Below, piece after piece: positions 36,728-46,375 of a stretch of 64,000 nt of DNA. Every line of letters starts with the position of its first letter. Position 1 is the first letter of the stretch. A program made the position numbers and the translations under genes. The notes under the pieces are model-generated. The model was not told the DNA's origin, made no database searches, and was given only the letters and a program-made list of their open reading frames with translations. This DNA comes from Collinsella sp. (GTDB taxonomy: Bacteria; Actinomycetota; Coriobacteriia; Coriobacteriales; Coriobacteriaceae), in the NCBI GenBank assembly GCA_019419555.1, contig DXZR01000003.1, positions 3,851-67,850 of the forward strand. The letters are read 5' to 3'.

Positions 36728-37293
36728 GTATGGTTCCTACGCAACATTCCGCGTTGAGGGGCGCTTTTGAGTGGATCGCGGTCATCGCGATTGCGCTCGT
36801 GGCCACGTTCCTGATCCGTACCTTTGTGGTCGAGCCCTTTGTGGTGCCCACCGGTTCTATGGAGGACACGATCGAGATTGGCGACCAGATCCTGGCGCAA
36901 AAGGTGAGCCTCGAGCTCGGTCAGCCTGTCAGCCAAGGCGATATCGTGGTGTTTCACAACCCCGATGGCACCTCCGAGCATGATGTTCTCGTCAAGCGTG
37001 TTATTGCCACGGCCGGCCAGACGGTCGACCTGCAGGATGGCAAGGTGGTCGTTGACGGCCAAGCGCTCGACGAGGACTATACGACGGGCATGAGCTGGCC
37101 ACTTTCGGTCCAAGCGCCCGGTGCTCAGGTAAGCTATCCCTACACCGTTCCCGACGGGTGCGTGTGGGTGATGGGCGACAACCGCGAAAACTCTGCCGAC
37201 TCACGCTACTTTGGTCCCGTCGATCGCTCTGATTTGATCGCCGTGGCACTCGTGCGCTACTGGCCGCTCAACCGCATCGGCGCTATCGACTAA
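36724..37293 (+). CDS. lepB: signal peptidase I
   Basis: PTGSMEDTI (catalytic Ser), VKRVIATAGQTV (catalytic Lys box), GDNRENSADSRYFGPV; GTGA overlap with trmD. Confidence 0.92.
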   Translation: MSMVPTQHSALRGAFEWIAVIAIALVATFLIRTFVVEPFVVPTGSMEDTIEIGDQILAQKVSLELGQPVSQGDIVVFHNPDGTSEHDVLVKRVIATAGQTVDLQDGKVVVDGQALDEDYTTGMSWPLSVQAPGAQVSYPYTVPDGCVWVMGDNRENSADSRYFGPVDRSDLIAVALVRYWPLNRIGAID

Positions 37294-37352
37294 AAACCGC
37301 TATAGTACAGTACCTAACCGTGTAATCGTTTCGACGAGGGGATATTAGAGGC

Positions 37353-38264
37353 ATGAACGCTTCATCGCTTTCCTTCCAAGACATCATCCTGCGCCTCCAG
37401 CAGTACTGGGGCGAGCAGGGCTGCGTCATTATGCAGCCCTATGACTCCGAGGTCGGTGCCGGTACCTTCCATACCGCGACCACGCTGCGCTCGCTCGGTC
37501 CCGCCGAGTGGCGCACCTGCTATGCGCAGCCTTGCCGCCGTCCCGCCGACGGCCGCTACGGCGAGAACCCCAACCGCATGCAGCACTACTATCAGTTCCA
37601 GGTGCTCATCAAGCCCTCTCCGGTCAACGCCCAGGAGCTTTACCTGGGGTCTCTTGCCGCTATCGGTCTGGACCCCAACGACCATGACGTCCGCTTTGTC
37701 GAGGACGACTGGGAGAGCCCGACGCTCGGCGCCTGGGGCCTTGGCTGGGAGGTCTGGCTCAACGGCATGGAAGTCACGCAGTTTACGTACTTCCAGCAGG
37801 TGGGCGGTATCGAGGTCGACCCCGTTCCTGTCGAGATCACCTATGGCCTGGAACGCATCGCCATGTACGCCCAGGGCGTCAACTCGGTCTACGACCTGGT
37901 GTGGAGCTACCTGCCCGACGGCACGCCCATGACCTATGGCGACGTGTTCCTCGAGAACGAGCGCGAGTTCAGTGCCTACAACTTTGAGGTCGCCAACGTC
38001 GAGATGATGCGTCAGAAGTTTGACGACTACGAGGCCGAGTGCCATTCCTGTCTAGAGCGCAAGCTGCCGCTGCCGGCATATGACTGCGTCATGAAGTGCA
38101 GCCACGCTTTCAACCTGCTCGATGCCCGCGGCGCTCTGTCCGCAGTCGAGCGTGCCAACTACATCCTGCGCGTCCGCGCCGTCGCCAAGGCGTGCTGCGA
38201 GGCCTACATGGCCGAGGTCGCCGGAGTCAACGAGAATGCCGACCAGGAAGGCGAGGTGGCGTAA
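37353..38264 (+). CDS. glyQ: glycine--tRNA ligase alpha subunit
   Basis: [45 protein letters not shown]. Confidence 0.97.
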   Translation: MNASSLSFQDIILRLQQYWGEQGCVIMQPYDSEVGAGTFHTATTLRSLGPAEWRTCYAQPCRRPADGRYGENPNRMQHYYQFQVLIKPSPVNAQELYLGSLAAIGLDPNDHDVRFVEDDWESPTLGAWGLGWEVWLNGMEVTQFTYFQQVGGIEVDPVPVEITYGLERIAMYAQGVNSVYDLVWSYLPDGTPMTYGDVFLENEREFSAYNFEVANVEMMRQKFDDYEAECHSCLERKLPLPAYDCVMKCSHAFNLLDARGALSAVERANYILRVRAVAKACCEAYMAEVAGVNENADQEGEVA

Positions 38265-38267
38265 GCC

Positions 38268-40364
38268 ATGGCAGACGCTAAGGATTTCCTGTTTGAGATC
38301 GGTACGGAGGAAATGCCCTCTGCACCGCTGAACAATGCCGTCAAGCAGCTTGGCACCATGATCGCCAAGGGTCTCGACGAGGCCGGTCTGGCCCACGGCG
38401 AGGTCCGCGTGATCTCGAGCCCGCGCCGCCTGGCTGCACTCGTTGCCGATGTCGCCACCGCGACCGACGAGGTTCACGAGGTCAAGCGTGGCCCCGCGGC
38501 CAACATTGCCTTCGACGCTGACGGTAACGCCACCAAGGCCGCCCAGGGCTTCGCCCGCAAGTGCGGTGTGGCTGCCGAGGACCTGGTCCGTCGCGAGGAC
38601 ACTGACGGTCGTGAGTATGTGTTCGCCGAGAAGAATATTCCCTCCGCACCGGCTACGCCGATTCTGACCGCTCTGTGCGAGAAGACCATCGCCGGCCTGC
38701 AGTGGCCCAACTACCGCTCCCAGCGCTGGGGTCACGAGCATGCTACCTTTGTTCGTCCGGTCCGTTGGATTTGCTGCCTTCTGGGCGAGGATGTTGTGCC
38801 CGTGTCGTTTGCCGACGTGACGAGTGGCAACACCACGCGTGGTCATCGCGTACTTGGCCCCGGTGACCATGTGGTCGCCAGCCCCGCCGTCTACGAGCAA
38901 GTGCTCGAGGACGCCGGCGTGCTTTCTGCCGAGCGTCGTCGTGAGGCCATCCTCGCCGGTATCGCCGAGGTCGAGGCTGCCCGTCCCGGCTGCCATGTCG
39001 ATACGCCCAAGAAGGTCTTCGAGGAGGTCATTAACCTCTGCGAGTGGCCGACGGTGCTCGTCGGTACCTTCGATGAGGAGTTCCTCAAGGTCCCGCACGA
39101 GATTATCTGCGAGTCCATGCTCACCAACCAGCGCTACTTCCCGATCTATGACGGCGAGGGCAAGCTCACGCGTGAGTTCGTGGTCGTCTCCAACAGCAAG
39201 CCCGAGAACGCCGAGCGCGTGATCGACGGCAACGAGCGCGTTGTGCGTGCCCGTCTGGACGATGCCAAGTTCTTCTACGAGGAGGACCTGAAGATCTCCC
39301 TCGACGAGTTCCGCGAGCGTCTGGCCAAGGTTGCCTTCCAGGAGAAGCTCGGTAGCGTGCTCGCCAAGTCCGAGCGCATCGAGCAGCTCGCGCTCGCTAT
39401 CGCCCGCGAGGCTCATCTGGGCGCCCACCTTGCCGCCGATGCCGCTCGCGCCGCGCACCTGTGCAAGGCCGACCTGGTGTCTAACGCCGTTGTCGAGTTC
39501 ACGAGCCAGCAGGGCGTGATGGGCGGTTATTACGCGACCGCGATGGGGGAGAACGACGAGGTCGCTCATGCTATCCGCGATCACTATCGTCCCCGCTTTG
39601 CCGGTGACGAGCTGCCTGAGGGCACCGCTGGCTGCATCGTGGCTTGCGCCGACAAGCTCGATACCATCGCCGGTATCTTTGCCATCGGCGAGCCCCCGAC
39701 CGGCTCTTCGGACCCCTACGCGCTGCGTCGTGCCGCTATCGGCATCATCAACATCCTGCGCGACCGCCTGCCGATCGACCCCACGTCGCTCATCGACTTC
39801 GCCCTCGAGCTCTACAGTGAGCAGGGCATTGAGTTCGACGCCGCCGAGGTCGCCCAGCAGGTTCGTGACTTCTTCCATGGCCGCCTGGTGAGCATGGCCC
39901 GCGACGAAAAGATCCCGGCTGATACCGTTGCCGCCGTCTCCGCGGTGCACATCATCGCCCCGTCCGTCTTCTTCGCCCGCTGCGCCGCCCTCGACGAGGC
40001 CCGCAAGAACGATGCCGAGACCTTTGACAACCTGGCTACGGCCTATGCCCGTGCCGCGCACATCTCCAAGCCCGAGCTGGGCGCGGAGTACGACCGCAGC
40101 CTGATGGGCGAGGCCGAGCTCGCGCTTGCCGATGCTTCCGAGGCTGCTCAGACTGCTGTCGATGCTGCCCTTGCTGCCGAGGACTACCCGGCCGCATTTG
40201 CCGCCCTCGCCGCCCTGCGCGCGCCCATCGACCGTTTCTTCGATGAGGTTATGGTCATGGACAAGGACGAGCAGCTCCGCGATAATCGCCTTAAGCTGCT
40301 CAACCGCTTCGAGGCCGTTTTCTCCGGCATCGCCAACATCGGTGAGCTTGCCCGCAAAAAGTAA
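38268..40364 (+). CDS. glyS: glycine--tRNA ligase beta subunit
   Basis: DFLFEIGTEEMP, RRLA, FPIY.., ELGGIMG-like QQGVMGGYYA, 698 aa immediately after glyQ. Confidence 0.95.
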   Translation: MADAKDFLFEIGTEEMPSAPLNNAVKQLGTMIAKGLDEAGLAHGEVRVISSPRRLAALVADVATATDEVHEVKRGPAANIAFDADGNATKAAQGFARKCGVAAEDLVRREDTDGREYVFAEKNIPSAPATPILTALCEKTIAGLQWPNYRSQRWGHEHATFVRPVRWICCLLGEDVVPVSFADVTSGNTTRGHRVLGPGDHVVASPAVYEQVLEDAGVLSAERRREAILAGIAEVEAARPGCHVDTPKKVFEEVINLCEWPTVLVGTFDEEFLKVPHEIICESMLTNQRYFPIYDGEGKLTREFVVVSNSKPENAERVIDGNERVVRARLDDAKFFYEEDLKISLDEFRERLAKVAFQEKLGSVLAKSERIEQLALAIAREAHLGAHLAADAARAAHLCKADLVSNAVVEFTSQQGVMGGYYATAMGENDEVAHAIRDHYRPRFAGDELPEGTAGCIVACADKLDTIAGIFAIGEPPTGSSDPYALRRAAIGIINILRDRLPIDPTSLIDFALELYSEQGIEFDAAEVAQQVRDFFHGRLVSMARDEKIPADTVAAVSAVHIIAPSVFFARCAALDEARKNDAETFDNLATAYARAAHISKPELGAEYDRSLMGEAELALADASEAAQTAVDAALAAEDYPAAFAALAALRAPIDRFFDEVMVMDKDEQLRDNRLKLLNRFEAVFSGIANIGELARKK

Positions 40365-40398
40365 GCCAGCCTGCGCATAAGCGCAAAAGGAGCTCCGC

Positions 40399-41265
40399 AT
40401 GGATTGCCCGGTCACCGCTCGTCCCACCGTTATCGTTATCTCCGACTCGCTCGGTGATACCGCTTGTGAGGTGGTGCTTGCGGCGTCCGGGCAATTTGAT
40501 GAAGGGGTTTTTCGCGTTTTGCGCCTGCCTAAGGTGACCTCCGTGGAGCAGGTCAAGTCATTTGTGGGGCCGCGCGTCGATGCCGACCATCGCGATATCG
40601 CCGTGTTCCACACCATTGTCGACCCGGCCCTTCGTGCTCGTGTGCTCGACTACTTGGGTATGTTGCATATTCGCTCGGTCGACCTGATCGGCCCGACGCT
40701 TGCCGTGCTGTCGTCGCTCATCGGTGTGCCGCCCAAGGGCGTTGCGGGCGTGATTCACAGGACCGATGACCGCTATTTCCATCGTATCGAGGCCATGGAG
40801 TATTTCGTTGAGCACGATGATGGACGCGGCTGCGACGATCTGTCGGGTGCCGATATCGTGCTGTTGGGCGTATCGCGCACGTCCAAGACGCCGCTGTCGA
40901 TGTATTTGGCCTATCAAGGTTACAAGGTTGCTAATGTCCCTCTGGCGCACGGCATGGAGCCGCCCAAGTCGATTTACGAGGTTGACCCGATGCGCCTGTT
41001 CGGCCTAATTTCGACCGTCGACGTTATTTCTGAGATTCGCGATAGCCGCTTGGGCGATGATTACGCCCGTGCCGTTGCCGGCTCCTATGCCGAGCCCGAG
41101 AGTGTGCGCAGCGAGCTCGAGGAAGCCCGTGCCCTCATGAAGCGCCTAGGCTGCTTTGTGGTGCGTACCGATGGCAAGGCGATCGAGGAGAGCGCCTCCG
41201 AGATCATTAGCCACTTGGAGGAAATCCAAGAAGCCCGTGCCCGCCGCGCCGCCCGTCGAGCCTAA
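40399..41265 (+). CDS. pyruvate, phosphate dikinase regulatory protein (PDRP, bifunctional kinase/pyrophosphorylase, DUF299)
   Basis: VIVISDSLGDTA, P-loop-like LLGVSRTSKTPLSMYLAYQGYKVANVPL; located upstream of ppdK. Confidence 0.9.
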   Translation: MDCPVTARPTVIVISDSLGDTACEVVLAASGQFDEGVFRVLRLPKVTSVEQVKSFVGPRVDADHRDIAVFHTIVDPALRARVLDYLGMLHIRSVDLIGPTLAVLSSLIGVPPKGVAGVIHRTDDRYFHRIEAMEYFVEHDDGRGCDDLSGADIVLLGVSRTSKTPLSMYLAYQGYKVANVPLAHGMEPPKSIYEVDPMRLFGLISTVDVISEIRDSRLGDDYARAVAGSYAEPESVRSELEEARALMKRLGCFVVRTDGKAIEESASEIISHLEEIQEARARRAARRA

Positions 41266-41515
41266 TAGTAGCAGCATTTTGATAAAGCGATTTAGCAAAA
41301 ATATCGCATCTGACCTGCATTTCTCTTGCAGTGGTATCTTCATAAGGTAACCACCTTTATCTACCGTTTACCGCCAGTTTTAGCACGTTTACCAAACCGC
41401 GCATCCTCTGCTTAAGCCCGCTCAAAACCCGCCGTATAGTTCCCTCACGGCCCGCATCTGGCGGGTCGATTCGTTACCACGGTCGTGCGCGTAAGTGCAT
41501 GGAAGGGGAAGTATC

Positions 41516-44266
41516 GTGAGCGATTGCAAGAGGGTTTACCGTTTTGGAACCGACGCCCAGGGCACCCGTGTCACTGAGGGCGACAAGTCCATGAACTTCG
41601 TGCTTGGCGGCAAGGGCGCAAACCTTGCCGAGATGAGCCGTATCGGCCTGCCGGTTCCCGGTGGCTTTACCATTACCTGCCAGACCTGTGTCGAGTACTC
41701 CGGTGCCGGCAACGTGTGGCCCGAGGGCGCACTCGATGAGATCGTTGCTGCCGAGGCAGACCTCGAGGCCCGTTGCGGCAAAAAGCTCGGCGACGCCTCC
41801 GATCCGCTGCTCGTGTCGGTTCGCTCGGGCGCTCCGTTCTCCATGCCCGGTATGATGGACACGGTCCTCAACTTGGGTCTCAACGACGACTCCGTTCAGG
41901 GTCTCATTGCCCAGACGCAAAACCTGCGTTTTGCCTGGGATAGCTACCGCCGCTTTATCCAGATGTTCTCAAACGTCGTCATGGGTGTCGATGCCGACCT
42001 GTTCGAGAACGCCCTGACCCAGGCCCGCCTGGTCGCCGGCGTTCGCGTCGACTCCGAGCTTTCGGCCGAGGACCTGCAGGAACTCGTCGAGACCTTTAAG
42101 GGCATCTTCTCCGAGAACGTCGATGCCGCCCTGTATCCCGAGCTCGAGATCGCTGACGGCAAGCCCATCTTCCCGCACGACCCGGAGCTTCAGCTACGCC
42201 TTGCCATCCAGGCCGTCTTTGGCAGCTGGATGAACGAGCGTGCCTGCATCTACCGCAAGCAGCATGGCATTTCCGACGACCTCGGCACCGCCGTCAACGT
42301 GCAGGCCATGGCCTTTGGCAACAAGGGCGAGACCTCTGCGACCGGCGTCGCCTTTACGCGCAACCCGGCCGACGGCACCAAGGAGTTCTACGGCGATTTT
42401 CTGGTTAACGCCCAGGGCGAGGACGTCGTCGCCGGCATCCGCAACACCGAGCCCATTGCCGACCTCAAGACCACCCCGGGCCTCGAGTCCGCAGGTGAGG
42501 AGCTCGAGCGCGTGTTCCTGACGCTCGAGGATCATTATCGCGATATGTGCGATATCGAGTTCACCATCGAGCAGGGCAAGCTCTGGATGCTCCAGACCCG
42601 CGTGGGCAAGCGCACCGCCACCGCCGCCCTGCGCATCGCTATCGAAATGGTCGAGGAGGGCCTGATCACCCGCGAGGAGGCCGTGAGCCGCATCGATCCC
42701 GCGCAGCTCGACCAACTCCTGCACCCGCAGTTTGACGCCTCCAAGAAGTACGAAGCGCTGGCCAGCGGTCTGAACGCCAGCCCCGGTGCCGCCGTGGGCG
42801 AGGTCGTGTTCTCGAGCGATGACGCCGTCGCGCGCGCCAACGAGGGCCACAAGGTCATTCTGGTTCGTTGGGAGACCAACCCCGACGACCTGAAGGGCAT
42901 GGTCGCCGCCGAGGGCATCCTGACCAGCCACGGTGGCAAGACGAGCCATGCCGCCGTTATCGCCCGCGGCATGGGTACGCCCTGCGTCTGCGGCGTTGAG
43001 CGCTTCCATATTGACGCCGCCGAGAAGGTCGTGCGCATCGAGGGCAGCGACCGCGTACTGCACGAGGGCGATGTCATCTCCATCGACGGCACCCAGGGCA
43101 TCGTCGTCGACGGTCCCGTCGACCTGGCCTCCGCCGAGCTTACCGGCGACCTGGACACCATCCTGTCCTGGGCCGACGAGATTCGCCTGGACGAGACCTG
43201 TGGCCATGCCAACCATGTGCGCGTCAACGCCGACAATCCCGAGGATGCCGAGCTCGCCCTCGAGTTTGGCGCCGAGGCTATTGGCCTGTGCCGCACCGAG
43301 CACATGTTCCTGGGCGATCGCAAGAACATCATCCAGAGCTTTATCCTGTCTGACGATGAGACCGTGAAGCAGCAGGCCCTGGCCGACCTGCTCAAGGTTC
43401 AGACCGAGGACTTCCTGGCGATGTTCAAGACCATGTCCGGTCGCGATGTGGTCGTCCGGCTGCTCGATCCGCCGCTTCATGAGTTCCTGGATGATCCTCG
43501 CGAGCTCGAGGTCGCCATCACCAAGAAGGAAGCCGCTGGCGCCAACGAGGAAGAGCTTGCCGCCCTGCGCACCCGTCTGCGTCGTATTGACGGTATGGTC
43601 GAGTCCAACCCGATGCTCGGCCTGCGCGGTGTGCGCCTGTCCGTCGTCTTTAGCGATCTGCCGCTCATGCAGGTTCGCGCCGTCGCTACGGCTGCTGCCC
43701 GTCTTATCAAGGAAGGCGTCGATCCGCGCCCTGAGATCATGGTTCCGCTCGTTTCCATCACGGCCGAGCATGTCCAGATCCGCGAGGTTATCGAGCGCGT
43801 AATCGCCGAGGTTTCCGACGAAGAGGCCGTCGAGCTCAATATTCCCGTGGGCACGATGCTCGAGCTGCCGCGCGCCTGCATGGTCGCTGACGAGATCGCC
43901 CATTATGCAGACTTCTTCTGTTTTGGCACTAACGACCTCACCCAGACGACCTTCGGTTTCTCGCGTGACGACGCCGAGGCTAAGTTCATCCCGCTGTACA
44001 TGCATAAGAAGATCCTGAAGGACAATCCCTTCGAGACCATCGATACCGCGGTGCTCGAGCTGGTGCGCATGGCCGTCGAGAAGGGCCGCGCCACCAACCC
44101 CGACATGCACTTTGGCGTGTGCGGCGAGCACGGCGGCGACCCCAAATCCATTAAGGGCCTGTTCAACGTGGCCGACGTGGACTATGTGTCCTGCTCGCCC
44201 TACCGCGTGCCCCTCGCACGCCTGGCTGCCGCCCAGGCCAAGCTCGAGGCGAAGCGCTCCGCGTAA
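41516..44266 (+). CDS. ppdK: pyruvate, phosphate dikinase
   Basis: LGGKGANLAEM, phospho-His loop TSHGGKTSHAAVIARGMG, CRTEHMF, GVCGEHGGDP. Start moved to GTG 41516 (GAAGGGGA RBS); ORF open from 41495. Confidence 0.95.
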   Translation: MSDCKRVYRFGTDAQGTRVTEGDKSMNFVLGGKGANLAEMSRIGLPVPGGFTITCQTCVEYSGAGNVWPEGALDEIVAAEADLEARCGKKLGDASDPLLVSVRSGAPFSMPGMMDTVLNLGLNDDSVQGLIAQTQNLRFAWDSYRRFIQMFSNVVMGVDADLFENALTQARLVAGVRVDSELSAEDLQELVETFKGIFSENVDAALYPELEIADGKPIFPHDPELQLRLAIQAVFGSWMNERACIYRKQHGISDDLGTAVNVQAMAFGNKGETSATGVAFTRNPADGTKEFYGDFLVNAQGEDVVAGIRNTEPIADLKTTPGLESAGEELERVFLTLEDHYRDMCDIEFTIEQGKLWMLQTRVGKRTATAALRIAIEMVEEGLITREEAVSRIDPAQLDQLLHPQFDASKKYEALASGLNASPGAAVGEVVFSSDDAVARANEGHKVILVRWETNPDDLKGMVAAEGILTSHGGKTSHAAVIARGMGTPCVCGVERFHIDAAEKVVRIEGSDRVLHEGDVISIDGTQGIVVDGPVDLASAELTGDLDTILSWADEIRLDETCGHANHVRVNADNPEDAELALEFGAEAIGLCRTEHMFLGDRKNIIQSFILSDDETVKQQALADLLKVQTEDFLAMFKTMSGRDVVVRLLDPPLHEFLDDPRELEVAITKKEAAGANEEELAALRTRLRRIDGMVESNPMLGLRGVRLSVVFSDLPLMQVRAVATAAARLIKEGVDPRPEIMVPLVSITAEHVQIREVIERVIAEVSDEEAVELNIPVGTMLELPRACMVADEIAHYADFFCFGTNDLTQTTFGFSRDDAEAKFIPLYMHKKILKDNPFETIDTAVLELVRMAVEKGRATNPDMHFGVCGEHGGDPKSIKGLFNVADVDYVSCSPYRVPLARLAAAQAKLEAKRSA

Positions 44267-44305
44267 CGTTTTGGGTTCAGACGCCTAACGTAGCCCCCCT
44301 TCATG

Positions 44306-44333
44306 CCGTCCGTCTCATTCGTGAGGCGGACGG
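44306..44333 (+). terminator. hairpin after ppdK (weak or I-shaped terminator)
   Basis: CCGTCCGTCTC-attcgt-GAGGCGGACGG; only a short T/A-rich tail follows. Confidence 0.45.
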
Positions 44334-44379
44334 TTATCATGTGCGGGTTTTGTCTTTTTGTCTGCGTAAAAAATTGTTC

Positions 44380-44407
44380 TTGCAGCAGAAACCCGCGCGT
44401 GTATACT
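44380..44407 (+). promoter_or_regulatory. candidate rplS promoter
   Basis: TTGCAG - 16 nt - TATACT about 70 nt upstream of the rplS ATG. Confidence 0.5.
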
Positions 44408-44476
44408 CGAATACGTTTGTTCAACTACGTGCCGGCCAAGGTGGTACGGCACCTCTAGAAGAGTAAGGAATTGCAC

Positions 44477-44818
44477 ATGGATTACATCCGCGCAATCGAG
44501 CGTCAGCAGATCCGCGAGGACATTCCTCAGGTTCGCGTCGCCGACAACGTCAAGGTTCACTACCGCATTAAGGAAGGCGACCGCGAGCGCATCCAGGTCT
44601 TCCAGGGCGACGTCATCCGCATGGCCGGCGCCGGTGCCCGCGAGACCTTCACCGTCCGCAAGATGTCCTTCGGTGTCGGTGTTGAGCGTACCTTCCCGCT
44701 TCACAGCCCCAAGATCGCCAAGCTCGAGGTCGTTCGTCATGGTCGCGTCCGTCGCGCCAAGCTGTACTACCTCCGCGACAAGGTGGGCAAGGCTGCTCGC
44801 ATCCCCGAGAAGCGCTAA
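44477..44818 (+). CDS. rplS: 50S ribosomal protein L19
   Basis: [37 protein letters not shown]; start taken at ATG 44477 after TAAGGAA. Confidence 0.95.
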   Translation: MDYIRAIERQQIREDIPQVRVADNVKVHYRIKEGDRERIQVFQGDVIRMAGAGARETFTVRKMSFGVGVERTFPLHSPKIAKLEVVRHGRVRRAKLYYLRDKVGKAARIPEKR

Positions 44819-44852
44819 GAAGATCGCAGCGTCTGTCCACTCGTTTGGACAC

Positions 44853-44882
44853 AAGGGCCACCTTCGGGTGGCCCTTCTTTTT
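44853..44882 (+). terminator. intrinsic terminator after rplS
   Basis: AAGGGCCACC-ttcg-GGTGGCCCTT followed by CTTTTT. Confidence 0.85.
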
Positions 44883-44911
44883 ATCTGATTTGCATGCAAG
44901 GAGGGCCTGGT

Positions 44912-45700
44912 ATGGCCAATATGACGAGCTCGGTTTCGGCATCGCAGGTTGCCGGAGAGCTAGCGAGCGCAACGTTTGAGGAGATCCCCGCCCTCGTGGA
45001 GCATTATCGCGAGGACCCGCGCCAGCAGGTGATCAAGGCTTGTGAACGCGCCCTCAAACGCCATGCTAAGGAACTTGCCGAGCGCGAGCGCGTCAATGAC
45101 ATGTACGAGCTTATGCATGAGCTTGGCGGCGATGGGGTGGTCGTTGGTGTCGACGAGGTGGGCCGCGGCTCGGTAGCGGGTCCCTTAACCGTGTGTGCCG
45201 TGTGCCTTCCCATGGAGCCGCGCGTCTGGGGCATCAACGATTCCAAAAAGCTCACGCCGGCGCGCCGCGAGTTGCTCTCAGTGAAGATTGCCGAGGTGGC
45301 GACGGCGATCGGTTTTTGCCATATCGCGCCTAAGGATATCGATGAGATGGGCATGGCCCGTGCTATCCGTACCGCCGTTGCGGGCGCCGTGGCCGATACG
45401 GGACTTGAACCCGACTGCGTCCTCATGGATGGCAACCCCTTGGGCGCTGTTCCTAACGAGCGCGATGTGGTGAAAGGCGATGCCAAGATCGCCTGCATCG
45501 CCGCAGCGTCCATCATGGCCAAGGTCACGCGTGACGAGATGATGGTCGAGTACGACGCCGAGTACCCCGAGTACCATCTGGCCGAGTCGAAGGGCTATGC
45601 GAGCCCCGAGCACATCGAGGCCATTCGCAAACATGGACTTTGTCCGCTGCACCGCGTGAGCTTTTGCGGAAACTTTCTGCAGACTGAGCGCCTTTTCTAG
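44912..45700 (+). CDS. rnhB: ribonuclease HII (with N-terminal helical extension)
   Basis: VGVDEVGRGSVAGPLTVCAV, INDSKKLT, DGNPL, DAKIACIAAASIMAKV, GYASPEH. Start taken at ATG 44912 (AAGGAGGG RBS). Confidence 0.92.
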   Translation: MANMTSSVSASQVAGELASATFEEIPALVEHYREDPRQQVIKACERALKRHAKELAERERVNDMYELMHELGGDGVVVGVDEVGRGSVAGPLTVCAVCLPMEPRVWGINDSKKLTPARRELLSVKIAEVATAIGFCHIAPKDIDEMGMARAIRTAVAGAVADTGLEPDCVLMDGNPLGAVPNERDVVKGDAKIACIAAASIMAKVTRDEMMVEYDAEYPEYHLAESKGYASPEHIEAIRKHGLCPLHRVSFCGNFLQTERLF

Positions 45701-45750
45701 GCCAATTGTGGAGACAGGGACCTCTGTGGTTTTATAAACCTGCTGGTAGC

Positions 45751-45791
45751 GGGCCGTATGCAGCAGCATTGCTGCGTACGGCCCGTTTTTT
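45751..45791 (+). terminator. intrinsic terminator after rnhB
   Basis: GGGCCGTATGCAG-loop-CTGCGTACGGCCC followed by GTTTTTTG. Confidence 0.8.
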
Positions 45792-45889
45792 GTCGGCATT
45801 TGGTCAGCTTTTGGTTTGCTTCCGGTACTTACCCGCATGAAAGGTGCCCTCATCATCGGGGCAATGCAGTGTGCGGGAAAGGAGACCCC

Positions 45890-46375
45890 ATGAGTGCCGC
45901 AAGCAAAAAGAGCAAGACGCAGCAGCTCAAGGAGCGTTGGGAAAACGGCGAGCTCGACTGTGGGGCGATGACGCCCGAGTTTATCAAGGGACTCAGTCCC
46001 CGCGAGCTGGGCATGCTAGGCGAGCTGATCACCATCGACTACTTTAACGAGCGCGGCTACACCTTGCTGGAGCAGGGTTATCGTTGCACCGAGGGCGAGG
46101 CCGATCTGGTGCTGCTCGATGAGCTCGACGATGTCGTGGTGATGGCCGAGGTCAAGACCAGACGCGTTGCGCTGGATTGCAACACGCGGGTCTTTCCCGA
46201 GGAGGCCGTGGACGCCCAAAAGCAACGCCGCTACCGCCGCATCGCAAGTTGCTATCTCATGGAGCATTATCCGCTCAAGGCGATTCGCTTCGATGCCGTG
46301 GGCGTCACCATCCGCGACGGGCATATCGCCGAGATCGAGCACCAGTACAACGCGTTCGATTGGCAGGTTTCGTGA
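45890..46375 (+). CDS. yraN: YraN family endonuclease (UPF0102)
   Basis: GELITIDYFNERGYTLLEQGYRCTEGEADLV...EVKTR...RFDAVGV. Start moved to ATG 45890 (GGAAAGGAGA RBS). Confidence 0.85.
   Translation: MSAASKKSKTQQLKERWENGELDCGAMTPEFIKGLSPRELGMLGELITIDYFNERGYTLLEQGYRCTEGEADLVLLDELDDVVVMAEVKTRRVALDCNTRVFPEEAVDAQKQRRYRRIASCYLMEHYPLKAIRFDAVGVTIRDGHIAEIEHQYNAFDWQVS

Noticed and set aside
37294-37352. Possible riboswitch or T-box upstream of glyQ, and upstream of proS at 59650-59711
   Set aside because: The gaps are 59 nt and 0 nt respectively, too short for any known leader. This is noted only as an absence within the synteny finding.
38052-40616. 854-aa ORF antisense to glyQ/glyS (the longest ORF on the minus strand here)
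   Set aside because: The opposite strand encodes unmistakable GlyRS subunits. The antisense product is Gly/Ala/Leu/Asp/Arg-rich with no motif, which is the typical high-GC shadow ORF.
42194-44131. 645-aa ORF antisense to ppdK (the same applies to 4569-6308, 17040-18401, 18469-19593, 25802-27244, 51229-52731, 58634-59791 and 59837-61096)
   Set aside because: All overlap strongly conserved genes on the other strand, have low-complexity Arg/Gly/Ala/His composition and lack RBS or start context. They are artefacts of GC-rich codon usage.
44440-44465. GGTGGTAC in the rplS leader resembles the T-box core (GGGTGGTACCGCG)
   Set aside because: Only 8 nt match. The leader is about 70 nt, far too short for a T-box riboswitch with a specifier loop, and rplS is not an aminoacyl-tRNA-related gene. 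It is more simply a 6-bp hairpin GTGCCG...CGGCAC.
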